From the NCBI GenBank assembly GCA_043228905.1, contig JBHGNT010000005.1, positions 20,088,001-20,152,000 of the forward strand: a stretch of DNA of 64,000 nucleotides, read 5' to 3'. Shown piece after piece: positions 34,672 to 46,979 of this stretch. The position numbers and the translations under genes are program-made. The first letter of the stretch is position 1, and the number at the start of each line of letters is the position of its first letter. The notes beneath the pieces are model-generated. The model saw nothing but the letters and a program-made list of their open reading frames with translations. It was not told the DNA's origin and did not search any database. This stretch comes from Azolla caroliniana (lineage: Eukaryota > Plantae > Polypodiophyta).

Positions 34672-34919
34672 AAACATCACCAACAACGGCGACAAAGGAT
34701 TAGACAACTGAACCCGAACAAACAAGGGAGGTCACAGAGTTTATCTGCAATAGCACCACCGGCAACAACAAAACGGCTCAACCGGAGCTGAACATTTTGC
34801 ACATTTTTACGACGTGTGGTCGGCAAATTGGTTTTCCTATGGGTTCAACCATGCAAGGCACTGTCCCATAGGCATGTCGTGTGTTGGCCAAGCAGGACGG
34901 CCAAGGTGTGAAAGGGCGA

Positions 34920-35266
34920 TGTAACATATGTAAATGATTCAATAGAGTAGTCGTGGTTTACATTCTTGTCATAACCGTCCATACTCCCTATAAAAAGGGG
35001 CATGCAGTCGTGTAAAAAGTTATCGATTGTATTTAGTTAGTTGTCATAATAGAAATCGGTTGTAGCCGACTCGGATCTTGTATTCAAGCACATACTACAA
35101 TCTGATCAAGTATCGTTTTGTGTGAGTGTACCTTTACATCCATTTTTGTAGAGTTGCATTGTTCGTCGTGCAACCAATTAGTATTCCCTAGGCTCGTGCA
35201 ACCTTGATTCTAATACTTAGGGAGTTACAAGTATCTAGCCCCATGTTACACCAGGATGGTATAACA
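34920..35266 (+). repeat. 3' LTR of the Athila-like shell
   Basis: Begins TGTAACA after the PPT, homologous to 10097-10466. Confidence 0.7.
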
Positions 35267-35899
35267 CCCTTAAGCAACGGAAAACAATTTTCATATCTTC
35301 TTAGCCTTAGTAAGGCTAAATGTGTAACTCCCGCTATCCTGAAGCAATTGTTTCATGATATAAAAACAAACTCACCAACAGTTCGACACATCAAGCACAA
35401 GCTACACCACACCGTTCCCACAAACATGATATGATCATTTCCTAAAGCTTGTGTAATAAATGTGAGACCTTTTTTACATTCTCAACCCTTTTCATTCTTG
35501 ATCTACTACAATATTATGAAATTTACCTAGAAACAATTGTGTGACTAAAGTGTATAGCAACAATCTAACTAGACATGCTTGGCTAATGAATCTTAGAATC
35601 AGAATGGGTTAGGTTAATTTTCCATTACGCATTGTATGTGAAACCAAACCCTCCCTCAATTACATTCCTGTCTTCATAACTCATTTGCTTGGTCCGACTA
35701 TTGAAATACTCCACAATCTTTCTCTCTATAATTTTAATTTCATTTTTTCCATTCTCAGTGATGTTCAGATCTACAATACAACCAATACCTCCATTGAGTT
35801 TAGTTGAAATGACTAGGATTCATGAGGGTTATTGATTAACATTCTACTTCACTTTCTAGTGAAAAATCATGATAAGCTAATTAAATTTGGCTGGAGACA

Positions 35900-36918
35900 T
35901 CAACCTCTAATACATTGGCACCAACGAGCAGGCAGCCAATACTTTCAGAATGGCACTAGGTCTTGACAAATTGCAACAATTCTCAGTGGATCTAAGCTTT
36001 AGACTACTCAATATGCTAATCTTGAGGAGGAATACATGTACAAAGATGAGTTCCAAGACCAAGATCTTGAAGGATTACATCGAGAATCAAGCAGAAAATG
36101 AAGAGTGAGGTCGACATCTATAGAGCAAGCCCGATACATTTTATCCAACTTAGCATGACAAGTTGGAGGAAAACTTTTCAATAGCTCGTAGTTTTAAGGC
36201 AAAAAAGATAAACTTGACCATGAATAAGCAACAATGATGAAAACAAAGAACAAGGGAGATAGGGTAAGACGAACACAGGATCAACACTCAGAACAAAAGT
36301 TGAGTTCTAGATAAGCTTGGCGAAAAACCTCAATACCTCAAAAAACCAAGCTTAACCTCGATACCTCAAAAACGTAGTTTTTAGATCAACAAGACCAGCC
36401 TTGCTTGATCAAGATAAAGTATATTGGAGCAATGTGAAGACCACAATCCAACTATTCGAGCAACTTCAGCCAAGTCTACAACTACACCAAGACAACCAGG
36501 CTTAAGAGGACATATAATAGACCTTGAGGGGGTGGGGTGTATTGAGAATCAAAAAGTGTGTTAGCACACTTCATTGTAATTCATGTGAACTATCTAGCTA
36601 CACAAAAAACTACATTGCGACATCTAGCAAGTTGTATGTCAAGTGTAAATGTGATCAAAGAATATTAGATATTCTAATGACAAAATCGTACTCGAGTGGT
36701 TGTCTACAACTAGACTCCACCAACCACATTTAATATGGTAGTCCCTTAACTTGTATATAAAGCCCACTTGGCTCATTATGTTCAATTGATGAGTTTTAGT
36801 TGATTAATATAGCTTTCTTTTCAAAGCATAAGCTACCATCGCGCCTCGTGTGTATTTTTTATTTTTGGTTGTTTTGTCTGATTTCTTGTCTTGCTCACAC
36901 ACCCATACATTCTTTACA
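35900..36918 (+). mobile_element. Old copia 3' remnant (RNase H tail, 3' region, PPT, LTR 36538-36918)
   Basis: IGTNEQAANTFRMALGLDKLQQF, PPT TTGAGGGGGTGGGG, then TGT...TTCTTTACA (same ending as the LTR ending at 52818). Confidence 0.65.
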
Positions 36919-37742
36919 AGTATTTATTTCACCATAAAGGGCTAATTTGTGTTCCTTTTGGAAGACTTGGCAAGAACTTGGCCTTTCCTATCAAACTTGG
37001 CACATAGCTCTTTAAAATAAGTGTCACCCGATGGAATGGCAATCAATCCAATGGCACACGATATGAAACCACCCCCAACGTGAGGAAATTGTCTATTTCG
37101 TTATTTTTAAATAAGAACAAAGTACATGTTTTGAACCACCACCGTCACGTCTTTGAACGAAGTAAATACCACGAGAATAATCATATATTCTTATAGATCC
37201 AATCAATTTAACCATTGTATGTAAGTTAAAGCATGAGGGTTAAGTGGCAACATACTCTTAACCCTTAGTACATATGAGACCCTATATAAAGGGCATCCAA
37301 TCTTATGAGAAAAAAAGGGAAGAGAAAAACATCAACTATCTTATGATGGGGGAGGGGGGGGGGGGGGAGCGGAGAATACAAGAGCTTTGTGGCTCACAAA
37401 TTCCATCATGTATGAGTCATTATTTAACTAATAGTGTCAAATTTTTTATTTGAGTATGTGTAATGTAGAGATTAGATGTTTAATTTATATTTTAAAAAAA
37501 TTCAATATCTTATGGTTTGTTGGTAGAACTTGCATAATCTATCTCGAAGTTCATAAGTTCAAGACCTAACTTGACAAGCACAATCATTATGAACCATCTT
37601 TTTGCTCCTCTCACCACTCGTAGACAGAGACCTAGTGTTTGTCTACGCAAGTATGTCATGCACTTCGTGAAAATGTTGACAAGTGGGTAATGGGTGGTTC
37701 CCTCAAGCCCACACGAAAGAGATTTTCTATTGGTTCTAAGAG

Positions 37743-38042
37743 GAGCTCTTTCTATAGGTTCTAAGAAGACATGAACATCTTCACTTGTGGAGAGCCTTTA
37801 CAATAACTTCTTTCGCATCAATCATACAAGTTGAACTCGCAAACTGTTTCACAAGGGAACTTTAGTAAGATGAATATATATTCATCATTGGTCGAGCTCT
37901 TTCTATAGGTTCTAAGAAGAGAAGAACATCTTCACTTGTGGAGAGCCTTTTCAATAACTTCTTTCGCATTGATCGTACAAGATGAACTCACTAATTGTTT
38001 CACAAGGGAACTTTAGGAAAATGAATATATTCGTCATTGATC
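37743..38042. repeat. About 151-bp tandem duplication
   Basis: GAGCTCTTTCTATAGGTTCTAAGAAG starts at 37743 and 37894. Confidence 0.92.
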
Positions 38043-38613
38043 ATCTTCTTTGTTTGTATCAACTTTAGCACGTTATGAACCCTTGACCTTTTATTCCCAG
38101 TGGCTAACTCTTCAATTCGATCTTTCTCTTTTTCTTCCAATCATTAGAATCTCGAGGAAAACTTGCCTTTTTTCCCTTTTCTCCCTTGTCACATGCCATA
38201 TGACAACAAAGTCATCCTAAAAACATAGACATAAATGTATGTTGATGTGTTCACAGTTATTGTTTACTTCCTTACTTATGCATAGTTGCGCATCTTTTTC
38301 CCTTGTATTTGGTTACCCTTCAATTTGTTTTTTCACCTTACCTTTTGGTGATCATTTCGACCAGAATCTCGAGCCAACACTACCTATTTCGTGCTTTTCT
38401 CCCCTCACACATGCCACATAACAACAAAGTCATCCTAAAAACATAAACATATTCTTGGCTATTTTCAATGGACCAAACTTCAAACATTGTTTGAACGCAA
38501 GTATGAATAGAAATTGAAAACAATTCCATTGCTACTTCTATAGTGACTGGCATCATCACATGATCAATCTTTCTCATAAAACTTCTGATCATCGTAAATA
38601 CAAACATGTTGTC

Positions 38614-38800
38614 ATCATAAAAGTGGGCATATGCTTCATTGTTGTGTATCGTCCAAACCTTCAAAGCATTGACCAAAACAAAATGAGAAAAGATGAGACA
38701 AACATTCCTGAGATCATAAAAGCAGGCATATTCTTCATTGTTGTGTATCATCCAAACCTATGAAGCATTGATCAAAACAAAATGAGAAAAGATGAGACAA
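38614..38800. repeat. About 99-bp tandem duplication (plus a 60-bp dispersed repeat at about 38178 and 38395)
   Basis: TCATAAAAG..GGCATAT.CTTCATTGTTGTGTATC..CAAAACAAAATGAGAAAAGATGAGACAA occurs twice. Confidence 0.88.
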
Positions 38801-39823
38801 CGATTATACAACGTTCCTCAAACGATCAAATCAATCTTACTTCATCAATATTATACATATCCATGACATGCAAATGGTGCATGTGATTGGCATGGGATGG
38901 CATCGATCGCAAATACAAAGCATGTATTATTGGCAAAGAAAGGGAACAGAAGGAAGGCACACGAAAGGGGCGCGGAGCATGGCAGCATGATGGAAGTAGA
39001 TACGTGACCAGGGTAAAACAAGCACGGAGGCATCGGTTGAAGGCCGGAACGGGATATCGTGTGAAGTGAGGAGGCATTTCTACATTGTGTGTATGATAAG
39101 AGGGTGTGAGTGCGAGAAAAGGATTCAAGAGATTGGCCGAAGGCCCTGACTGAGCCTAGGGCCTTGGACCTAGGATCCTGAGCCTCCTGGGGGCTTGAGT
39201 TTGGCCCTCCTGAGACTTGAGTTTGGGCCCTGAGTCTGGGCCCTGGGCCTGGGGCCTGGGATTGGAAGTTTTCAGGAGAGTCATGAGGTGTGTAGAATGT
39301 GGGTGTTTTTGTGAGGAGAAGGAGAAGTGATCATTTTGATGAGGACAACCATGTGAAAGAAGAGAAAGAAAGAGTCAAATGAAAAAAGCAGGAAACAGAG
39401 TAATGGGGTCTCTCTACCAAACAATAAGAAGAAGAAGAAGAAGAAGAAGAAGAAAGAAAGAAAGAAAGAAAACAGAGTAGACCATCTGATGTTGATGATG
39501 ATGATGATGGGTAAGGCTCTGCTTTTCCTTTGATTAATCCTATCGAAGCTTTGGTGGTTCCCCCCTCCCCTCCCATGTTGTAAATCTCAGTAAACCCCAT
39601 TTGAGATATTACTGTTTTTCTTTTTCATTATGAGATTTATGCATAGCTTTCATGGCTATGGATGAGGACACAATGTAAGCTATAATTCAGGAAATCATTA
39701 TTGAGATCACTGATTTGAAAGGATGCTCCGGAGTTTTTTGTCTTGTTTTCCGTTTACTATGTATATGATGTAACTCAGAAACCCTAATTGAGATCACTGT
39801 TTCGTCTGAGATTCATAGCTTTC

Positions 39824-41905
39824 ATGGCTATGGAAGAGGCTTTCTCGGAGTTTTTGTCTTGTTACCCTCAGTATAAGGACACCTTGGTCATTGATCAGCT
39901 CAGACAGGTAGAATATCCGCATCTCAATGAAAAGGATCAAGTTTGTCTGGATTATACTGGTGTAGGAATCTTCTCAAGCACACAAAAGAGCTCAGGTTCT
40001 GATGGTGGATTTGGTATAGCTCTTTCTTACATATCTTTGAACTTGGCCACACATGCAATGTATGTGGACGATAATAGTGTGGAAGGAATCTTCCGCAAAA
40101 GAATTCTTCGATATCTAAGTCTTGATGAAGATGATTATTACATCGTATTTACTGCCAATGCGCTCTCTGCATTTAAGCTGTTGGGAGAATCTTACCCATT
40201 TCATGAGGCTCAAAACCTTTTGCATGCTTATGATCATGTTTGTGAGAATGTCGATGCTATTGTTGAATGTGCTCAAGCAAAAGGTGCGTTTTCCCAGTCT
40301 GTAAATATACAATATCCATGCTTTAAAATGGATTCTGAAGACATCAGGAAAAAGCTGCAAAGAAAGAGGAAAATTCCTGGTCAAAAGTCGGGTTCTCTTA
40401 GTTATAAGGGGCTTCTTGCATACCCTTATTCTTCTCGAGTTACAGGATGTAGAAATTCTTCACAATGGATTGCTGAAGCACAGCAGAATGGTTGGCATGT
40501 TCTTTTAGATGTTACTAGTGCTGACCCGAAAATGTTTGATTCATTGGGTCTTTCATTGTTCCGTCCCGACTTCTTAATATGTTCTTTCTATACTCTCTTT
40601 GGTGAAGATCCGAGCGGGTTCGGCTCTCTTGTTGTGAAGAAATCAGTGCTTAGAACCCTTGGCGATTCATTCCGAGCACGGGCAATCGGAATGGTGGAGA
40701 TAGTGTCCAAGCAATCTTCAAGTCCATCAACTTCTCGAAGAGCTATCAAGTTTCCAAATGATTTATCTATGAAGCATACACAATTAGACTGTGGGAATAA
40801 TAAAGATGGTTCCAACTCATCAAACTATTTGTTAGCAAATACTAGATCTTGCTGGAGTAGTAGTGATAAGAGTACAAATGGCATGGCACATATAGATCCA
40901 TGGAACGCTATCAACAATTGTTTTGTATATCAAAGCTCATCAGAGTTGTTAAGGTCTAGCTCAAAGATGAATAAGAATAATAGTAGTGACTCAAGACAAA
41001 GGAGGTCATTGGATAGTTGGGATATGTATGAATGTGAAATTACTGTAAATGCTTCTGATGATATTATACCATGTACAAGCTTCAAAGACTGTCTAATTGA
41101 TCATGTTGCATTGTATTCTTCCAACTCTGAGCTTGCATTTTCTAGCCTTGAAGCTAAGCAAAGTTCTCAACATTGGGCAGCAAAAACTCTTAAAGAGATC
41201 AAAGCAAAAAATGTTGAAGAGAAAAAAGTGTTTTGCAACAATTCGCTTCCTAGATTGTCACCCATAAACAATGAAGAAACCAAAAGCTTGAAGCATCGAA
41301 TTTCTGGAGTAGAAATTGCAATGACAGAAGAACCATATATTCCTTGCAAGGGGCTGGATCATGCTGATATGCTAGGATATGTCAAAATATCCACTCGACT
41401 ACGAACTTTAGCAAGCTGGTTGACATTGAATCTATTGAAATTAAAGCATAATCCGCCGTTTAACTCTGAGCTTGTGAGGTTTTATAGCCAAATTTCTCCA
41501 TCAGAATGTGGGTCAACTATTGCTTTCAGCCTTTTGGATTCGAAAGGCAATTGTATAGAAGCCAAGAGAGTGCAAATGCTTGCAGATCGGCATAGTATCT
41601 CTATCAGAACAGGTCAACTTGAGGGAATCCCCTCCCCTATGGACCATCAGCACGAAAATGATGATAAGGCAGGGGAAGAGTCCATACTGAGTTGTGTGGA
41701 GTTCCCCAACTATAAACGGCGTCCAAAAGGGAATGTAACACACAAAGTACAATTACCTGTGAATTGTATATCATTGAGCTTTCTCAATAATTTTTCCGAT
41801 GCTTTTCGGCTTTGGCAATTTGTTTCAAAGTTTCTGGAACCAGAATTCGTTCATGGGGAACTTTGGCATTATCAGGCTCTTAACCAAGAAACAATTCAAA
41901 TTTGA
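39824..41905 (+). CDS. Molybdenum cofactor sulfurase-like protein (PLP-dependent transferase / aminotransferase class V fold), intronless, no MOSC domain
   Basis: IDQLRQVEYPHL, VCLDYTGVGIFS, VFTAN..SAFKLLGESYPF, SRVTG, AQQNGWHVLLD, LGLSLFRPDFLICSFY, CKGLDHAD, LSFLNNFSDAFRLWQFVSKFLEPEFV. First in-frame ATG at 39824; an upstream exon cannot be excluded. Confidence 0.9.
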   Translation: MAMEEAFSEFLSCYPQYKDTLVIDQLRQVEYPHLNEKDQVCLDYTGVGIFSSTQKSSGSDGGFGIALSYISLNLATHAMYVDDNSVEGIFRKRILRYLSLDEDDYYIVFTANALSAFKLLGESYPFHEAQNLLHAYDHVCENVDAIVECAQAKGAFSQSVNIQYPCFKMDSEDIRKKLQRKRKIPGQKSGSLSYKGLLAYPYSSRVTGCRNSSQWIAEAQQNGWHVLLDVTSADPKMFDSLGLSLFRPDFLICSFYTLFGEDPSGFGSLVVKKSVLRTLGDSFRARAIGMVEIVSKQSSSPSTSRRAIKFPNDLSMKHTQLDCGNNKDGSNSSNYLLANTRSCWSSSDKSTNGMAHIDPWNAINNCFVYQSSSELLRSSSKMNKNNSSDSRQRRSLDSWDMYECEITVNASDDIIPCTSFKDCLIDHVALYSSNSELAFSSLEAKQSSQHWAAKTLKEIKAKNVEEKKVFCNNSLPRLSPINNEETKSLKHRISGVEIAMTEEPYIPCKGLDHADMLGYVKISTRLRTLASWLTLNLLKLKHNPPFNSELVRFYSQISPSECGSTIAFSLLDSKGNCIEAKRVQMLADRHSISIRTGQLEGIPSPMDHQHENDDKAGEESILSCVEFPNYKRRPKGNVTHKVQLPVNCISLSFLNNFSDAFRLWQFVSKFLEPEFVHGELWHYQALNQETIQI

Positions 41906-43960
41906 TTGCCTCTGTATATTTTTAACCCTTCAATGCTTGTCCTAGCCCTCACAGTAGAATGGGTTAAAAAGCTTAATCTTGAAGCAGGAAATTATATTCA
42001 TAGGAATTCTGCTCTCGAATTATGAAAAACAAGCCCTTAACCCTTAACCTTGAATAAGGTAAGCATATACATCTGGTAACATTCTCTTCAATAAAAACAG
42101 TTTTGCTGCACGAATCATAATTGGAACATTTGAATCAGAATTTATTGCAATACTAATGAATGGAATGATTTGGTTAAGTGATAAATATTAAGATTTGTAT
42201 CCTTCCAAGGCATCAGTTGCTTGCATTGGCAATTACAGTGCATATATCTTCCAAATAGCTGAAAATATCTCACATTTTCATGCCGTCCATACATTTTCTT
42301 CATCTAAAAAGTTGATGATATTTGAAGCTCTAGCATTTCATGGGGTGAAAGTAATATCCAGGTATTACACTAATTTAACATTGCAAGCATCATTGCTTGC
42401 CTGAAATTTTATTTCGTCTGAATTAATTTTTAATCAGTACATGTAACACAACAAGAGACTGTAAGTGTACACAATCACAACATCTGGCCATAGTTTTGTT
42501 AGTACAGTGTTCATGTCATAAGCAAGTTGTACTCTGTTCTAATGAATCAGATGTCAAGACACTTTCCTATCATACATGATTTGAAATATGAGAGAAATGT
42601 TTGATACCAGCCTCTCTTAGAGATCCATCTTGCAACCTAAGCTTATATGTACTAGGGCCCAAAAATTATCTTTAAGAGGATGTGATATTGAATGATTAGA
42701 TCATTGTATTGAAAGGCTAGAGAAAAGTGTGATTAACAATGTTGAAAGACATGAGAAATGTTTCATAGCAGCATCTCTCACAAACCCTTAATGAAAGGCT
42801 CATTCTCTTCTAAAGGGCATGATGTGGAATATATACATTATTGAATTATAATCTCCACAGCTGAAAACACAAGGTAGAAAAAGTATGAAAGTGATGAAGG
42901 AATGAGTAATCACCATACAGAAAGATATCCAACAGTTAAGCCGCATAAATTACGTAATGGTAACAAAATTATGAGTGATGTTTTATGAGATGTGGAATGA
43001 AATTTTCCTCTCTGAAGTTTGTATGTATGAGAAACATTTCAACGAAGATCTTAAAAAGAAATGCAAAAATTTGCCAGAGTTGAATGCTAAAACATACAAA
43101 ATAATGAGACGGAGAACTTAATGTGCCATACCTGACAAAACAAAGAAAAGCATAAAGAAAACTTGTCCATTCTTGCTAAGGTGAAAAAACCATTGTGAAA
43201 TAGTTAATAAAGAGGTGAACGATACTCACATTGAGGGAAATCCTAGTAGCTTTCACAATGACTATTTCAGAACAATAGATCAAATAAAAGCTACACCACA
43301 TGGAAGTATTAGGAGAAATGAGAATACCCATGCCACAACAAGCATTACCAACTTGACCACAAACTCAAAATAGAGATGAAAAGATTAATAGCACAATGAC
43401 AAGAAAAAGATAATGTGGCAAGCTAATTCCAAGAATCTTCCACTTCAACGCATTCCCACCCATCAGAGATGAGGCATGTATTTGTTCAATTGTTTCAGAC
43501 TCTTATCCACAGGTTATTTTAGCCATGGACATTAGCACATCCACTAATTGTGAGCATCCAGACCCACAAATTCCATCCCCCATAATGTACCAAATAAAAA
43601 TGTGTGTTTGCACTTTCATCAACATGGATAACCAGGGTTGCAGGTTTGATATTAAGACAATATTGTAACAATGAAGGTTATATAGTAGCGTTCCTCAAGG
43701 TCGATATACTCCTCACACAAGGATTTCAAAATTGTCTTTTGCCAGTATATAAATTTAACAATGGTAAAGAAACAACATTTCACAATTTCTCAGCTTCATA
43801 TTTTCCATCATGGAAACCATTAGCTTCATGTTTCCCAGGAAAAGGCAATCTTTGACCACCTTCGAATTAATTGGACTTGCACCTTTAACCACTTTGAAAT
43901 CAAGATTTTCTACTTGTGTATGGCTAGATAACTACTTGAAATAAAGGCCATATAGATTCA

Positions 43961-44836
43961 TCACAACACATCTGACATACTTTTGCTCATTTGCTCCAAC
44001 AGTGACAAGGCTTTGCGGCGTGCTCTTGCTGTGCCATTCTTTGCGAGTTCCCTTAATGCACCGTGAGCACCAACAACTTGGCATACAAGCATTGTTTGTG
44101 ACGGGTCATTTATGCAAATTGCCAAAAGAACAGCTGCAGCATTCTCTTTGTTCCGTGATGAACCCACTGTTATGAGGTTCACTAAGATTGGAATAGCTAA
44201 TGCTTCACTGATGGCAGCTCGTCCTTCTACGTGTGTTGCTAAGACAGCAAGTATTGCAAGAGCTTCATCAATCATCTCTAATTGTGGATCAACAAGAAGT
44301 TGCATTAAAGGAGGCACAACCATTGCTCTCACAGCTCTTGCTTTATTGCCTTGGTAAATTGAAAGGTTAAAAAGAGCTGTGGCAGCATCTTTTTTTCCCC
44401 GTAAAGTGCCATCACAAAGTAGATTTACAAGGGCAGGTATTGCATCAGAGGCTCCTATTAAAACTTTATTGTCATCCACAACAGAGAGACTAAAGAGTGT
44501 GGCAGCCGCATTCTCTCTTGCTTCCATGCTTCCATGCTTAAGAACCTCAACAATGGGATCAATTGCACCTGCTTCTACAATCGGTCCCTTATTTCCCTCA
44601 TGTATAGACAAGTTTAAGAGGGCTGTGACAGCATGCTCTTGTGTGCCTTTATCACAGGATGATAAAAGCCCAACCAAAAGAGGAATAGCACCAGCCTCTG
44701 CTATACATACTCTGTTCTCAGCATTTCTCTTTGCCAATGCTCGTAATTCCCCTGCCGCTTCTCTCTGAAATTTTGGCTGCCCATTCATCAATTTTTGTAA
44801 TAGCATTTCTATTGTCTTCCTATCTCCAGCACCCGT
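43961..44836 (-). CDS. U-box/ARM E3 ligase (PUB13/14-like), exon 5: ARM repeats
   Basis: [66 protein letters not shown]. Acceptor TTTTTCTCAG; the exact acceptor is less certain. Confidence 0.92.
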   Translation of the reverse strand, partial: TGAGDRKTIEMLLQKLMNGQPKFQREAAGELRALAKRNAENRVCIAEAGAIPLLVGLLSSCDKGTQEHAVTALLNLSIHEGNKGPIVEAGAIDPIVEVLKHGSMEARENAAATLFSLSVVDDNKVLIGASDAIPALVNLLCDGTLRGKKDAATALFNLSIYQGNKARAVRAMVVPPLMQLLVDPQLEMIDEALAILAVLATHVEGRAAISEALAIPILVNLITVGSSRNKENAAAVLLAICINDPSQTMLVCQVVGAHGALRELAKNGTARARRKALSLLEQMSKSMSDVL

Positions 44837-45011
44837 CTGAGAAAAACATGGTAGCTTTACATGTTTTAAGCCTTTTTTGCAATCAAGAATGAAAAGACCA
44901 CTTATGTGGAGAAAAAAATCTATATGAGAGAAATGTTTATATGGAAAAGCACCTATACATGAAAATGACCATGTGAGAAAAGACATTTAAAGTTTGTATG
45001 AGAATGCAAAC

Positions 45012-45173
45012 CTTTTTTGTCAGCTTGATTCCATGTGTCTCACACCATTGTGCAATCAAGCTTTTTAATACATAATTGGGTGTCAATATTGTATGTGACA
45101 AGACTTGTTGCGTTTTTGGGCAAGTTTTATTTCCGGCATCAATCCATTGCTGGATACAGGCTCCCTCGTATGT
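45012..45173 (-). CDS. PUB exon 4: second half of the U-box
   Basis: [49 protein letters not shown] boundaries, 162 nt, phase 0. Confidence 0.9.
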
Positions 45174-45253
45174 CTTCAAACGAAAGACAAGAATTAAGAA
45201 AAGAATCCAAAAGAGAAACAATAGACAATCGACAAGTTAGATAAAAGACGAAC

Positions 45254-45688
45254 CTGGCCAGTAGCTACAATGACTGGATCTTTCATTATCTCTAGTGAGA
45301 TAGGACAGCGAAAATCATCCGGTATGACAAAAGAACCTTCTTTCTCAAGTTGCATATCCTTTTCTTCATTATCGAATTCATTTAAAAATGATTCACCTTC
45401 AAATAGAAGACCTTTAAGCCGTGCAAGCAACATTGACATTTGCTCATATTGTTCCATATTCTCATTACTGCTCTCTAGGTGAAGAGAGTTCAAAGCTCTC
45501 AACTCTTGCTTAAACTCAGATAATGTCTTGAGTTGCAATTTATCAGCCAACCTTTCCAAGGCACCCTTGGTATCTTCTTTGTCAATACTGTCTTGGGACA
45601 ACACAAACGTGAGATCATTATAAATATCCATATCTTGGATATCTGCTCTTGCTTTTGCTCTCTTCAATTGGGCATGTGCTAGTTCAAC
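45254..45688 (-). CDS. PUB exon 3: UND domain end and U-box start
   Basis: VELAHAQLKRAKAR...IPDDFRCPISLEIMKDPVIVATGQ. 435 nt, phase 0. Confidence 0.92.
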
Positions 45689-45806
45689 CTGCATTTTGAA
45701 TCAATTAAATAACACACAATCAAAAATGTAAAACGTCAACACACACACAAAGAAACACATAAAATGTTGCAGAATAAGCATAAAGACTCTCAAACGTAGG
45801 ACATAC

Positions 45807-45923
45807 CTGCTCTCTGACTTCATCAGATATATCTAGAAGCTTGAAAATATTGACATCCAGTGCCTCTTCCAGATCTGCCATCACTGATGCAAATCGTTTT
45901 ACGATAGTTTCACATTCAAAAAG
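45807..45923 (-). CDS. PUB exon 2
   Basis: LFECETIVKRF...LDISDEVREQ. CAG acceptor and GTATGT donor, 117 nt. Confidence 0.88.
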
Positions 45924-46979
45924 CTGCCAAAAATCAAATAAGACCTTTTTATTCCATTGAAAAATGGTGGTATATGTAGCCACAAGATGTGATTATATTT
46001 GAGACCCCAAGATAAAAAAGAACAAAAAAAGAAAGATGAAAGCGAAACTAGCCTACTAATATTGTTAAAGATAGAATGGACGCAATGCAAGGGTAATGAT
46101 GCTAAGACTCCAAATATAAAAGGAAAAGGGCCAAACATGGTTGGATTATCTACGATATGACTTGTAAATTTCTCAGGGTAATGTATCAGCTACAATATTC
46201 AAAGATAAATTGGATTTAATTCACAAGATCAGAGCCTTCGAGTGATAGCCTGGGATTATTACATTTTCTCTGGAAATGAAAGAGACCTGTGTGATCATAT
46301 CATATCGTCGAATCCCCAAGATCCCATTAGGGAGACAACTTAGACCTTTTGTGGTTGGAAATCCATAGTCAAGTTTATGTCACCTTATGTATTGCCTCAG
46401 ATCATATAATCTACCATCCCACCAGAGAAAAAAATCTGTGCCCATTTCAGATGCAATAACTCTCTGGTCCAAAAAATTTGATATCGATATACAGCATAAG
46501 CTACATCGGATAATTTACCACATTGAGAATAGCCTGCAACGATTAATAAGACTAGGGAAATGTGCATGTGCTTATTATATAATATCCTCTAAAAATCAGA
46601 CCCCATAAGAAGAACACGTTGGGTCATTTCAGATGCAACAACGTTTTAGTAGAAAACATCCATATCACGTACAAAAGAGTTAAATTAGCACAAGAAAAGA
46701 AATACAACACCTAAATATAAACCTACAAAAAGAGTTATATCAATACACAAAATAACTAAATTACATACAAAACAATTCCATTATCCTATAAACCCAGTTA
46801 AATAACCCTATGAAGGAGCTTAATTATCATAAAAAGAGTTAGAATTAGGGAAAATTAATTCAATTAGACCATAAAGAAGCTAACTATTGCAGACATAAAA
46901 AGCTAATTTACCATATGAAAGAGATCCAAATTACCATACAAAGAAAGAGATAAAGTACGTAATTAGGACGTTTACCTAC

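Larger units (their letters stand above)
10097..35266 (+). mobile_element. Old, internally deleted Athila-like Ty3/gypsy shell hosting the nest
   Basis: Diverged direct repeats 10097-10466 and 34920-35266. Hairpin+PPT (TTGGCC..GGCCAA, GAAAGGGCGA) before 34920. Integrase C-terminus at 11541-11720. Decayed 3' extra region split by the 13871 copia. Confidence 0.7.

Noticed and set aside
39824-41905. Calling the gene ABA3/MOCOS
   Set aside because: No MOSC domain, catalytic Lys and Cys absent, and intronless; it fits the separate sulfurase-like family.
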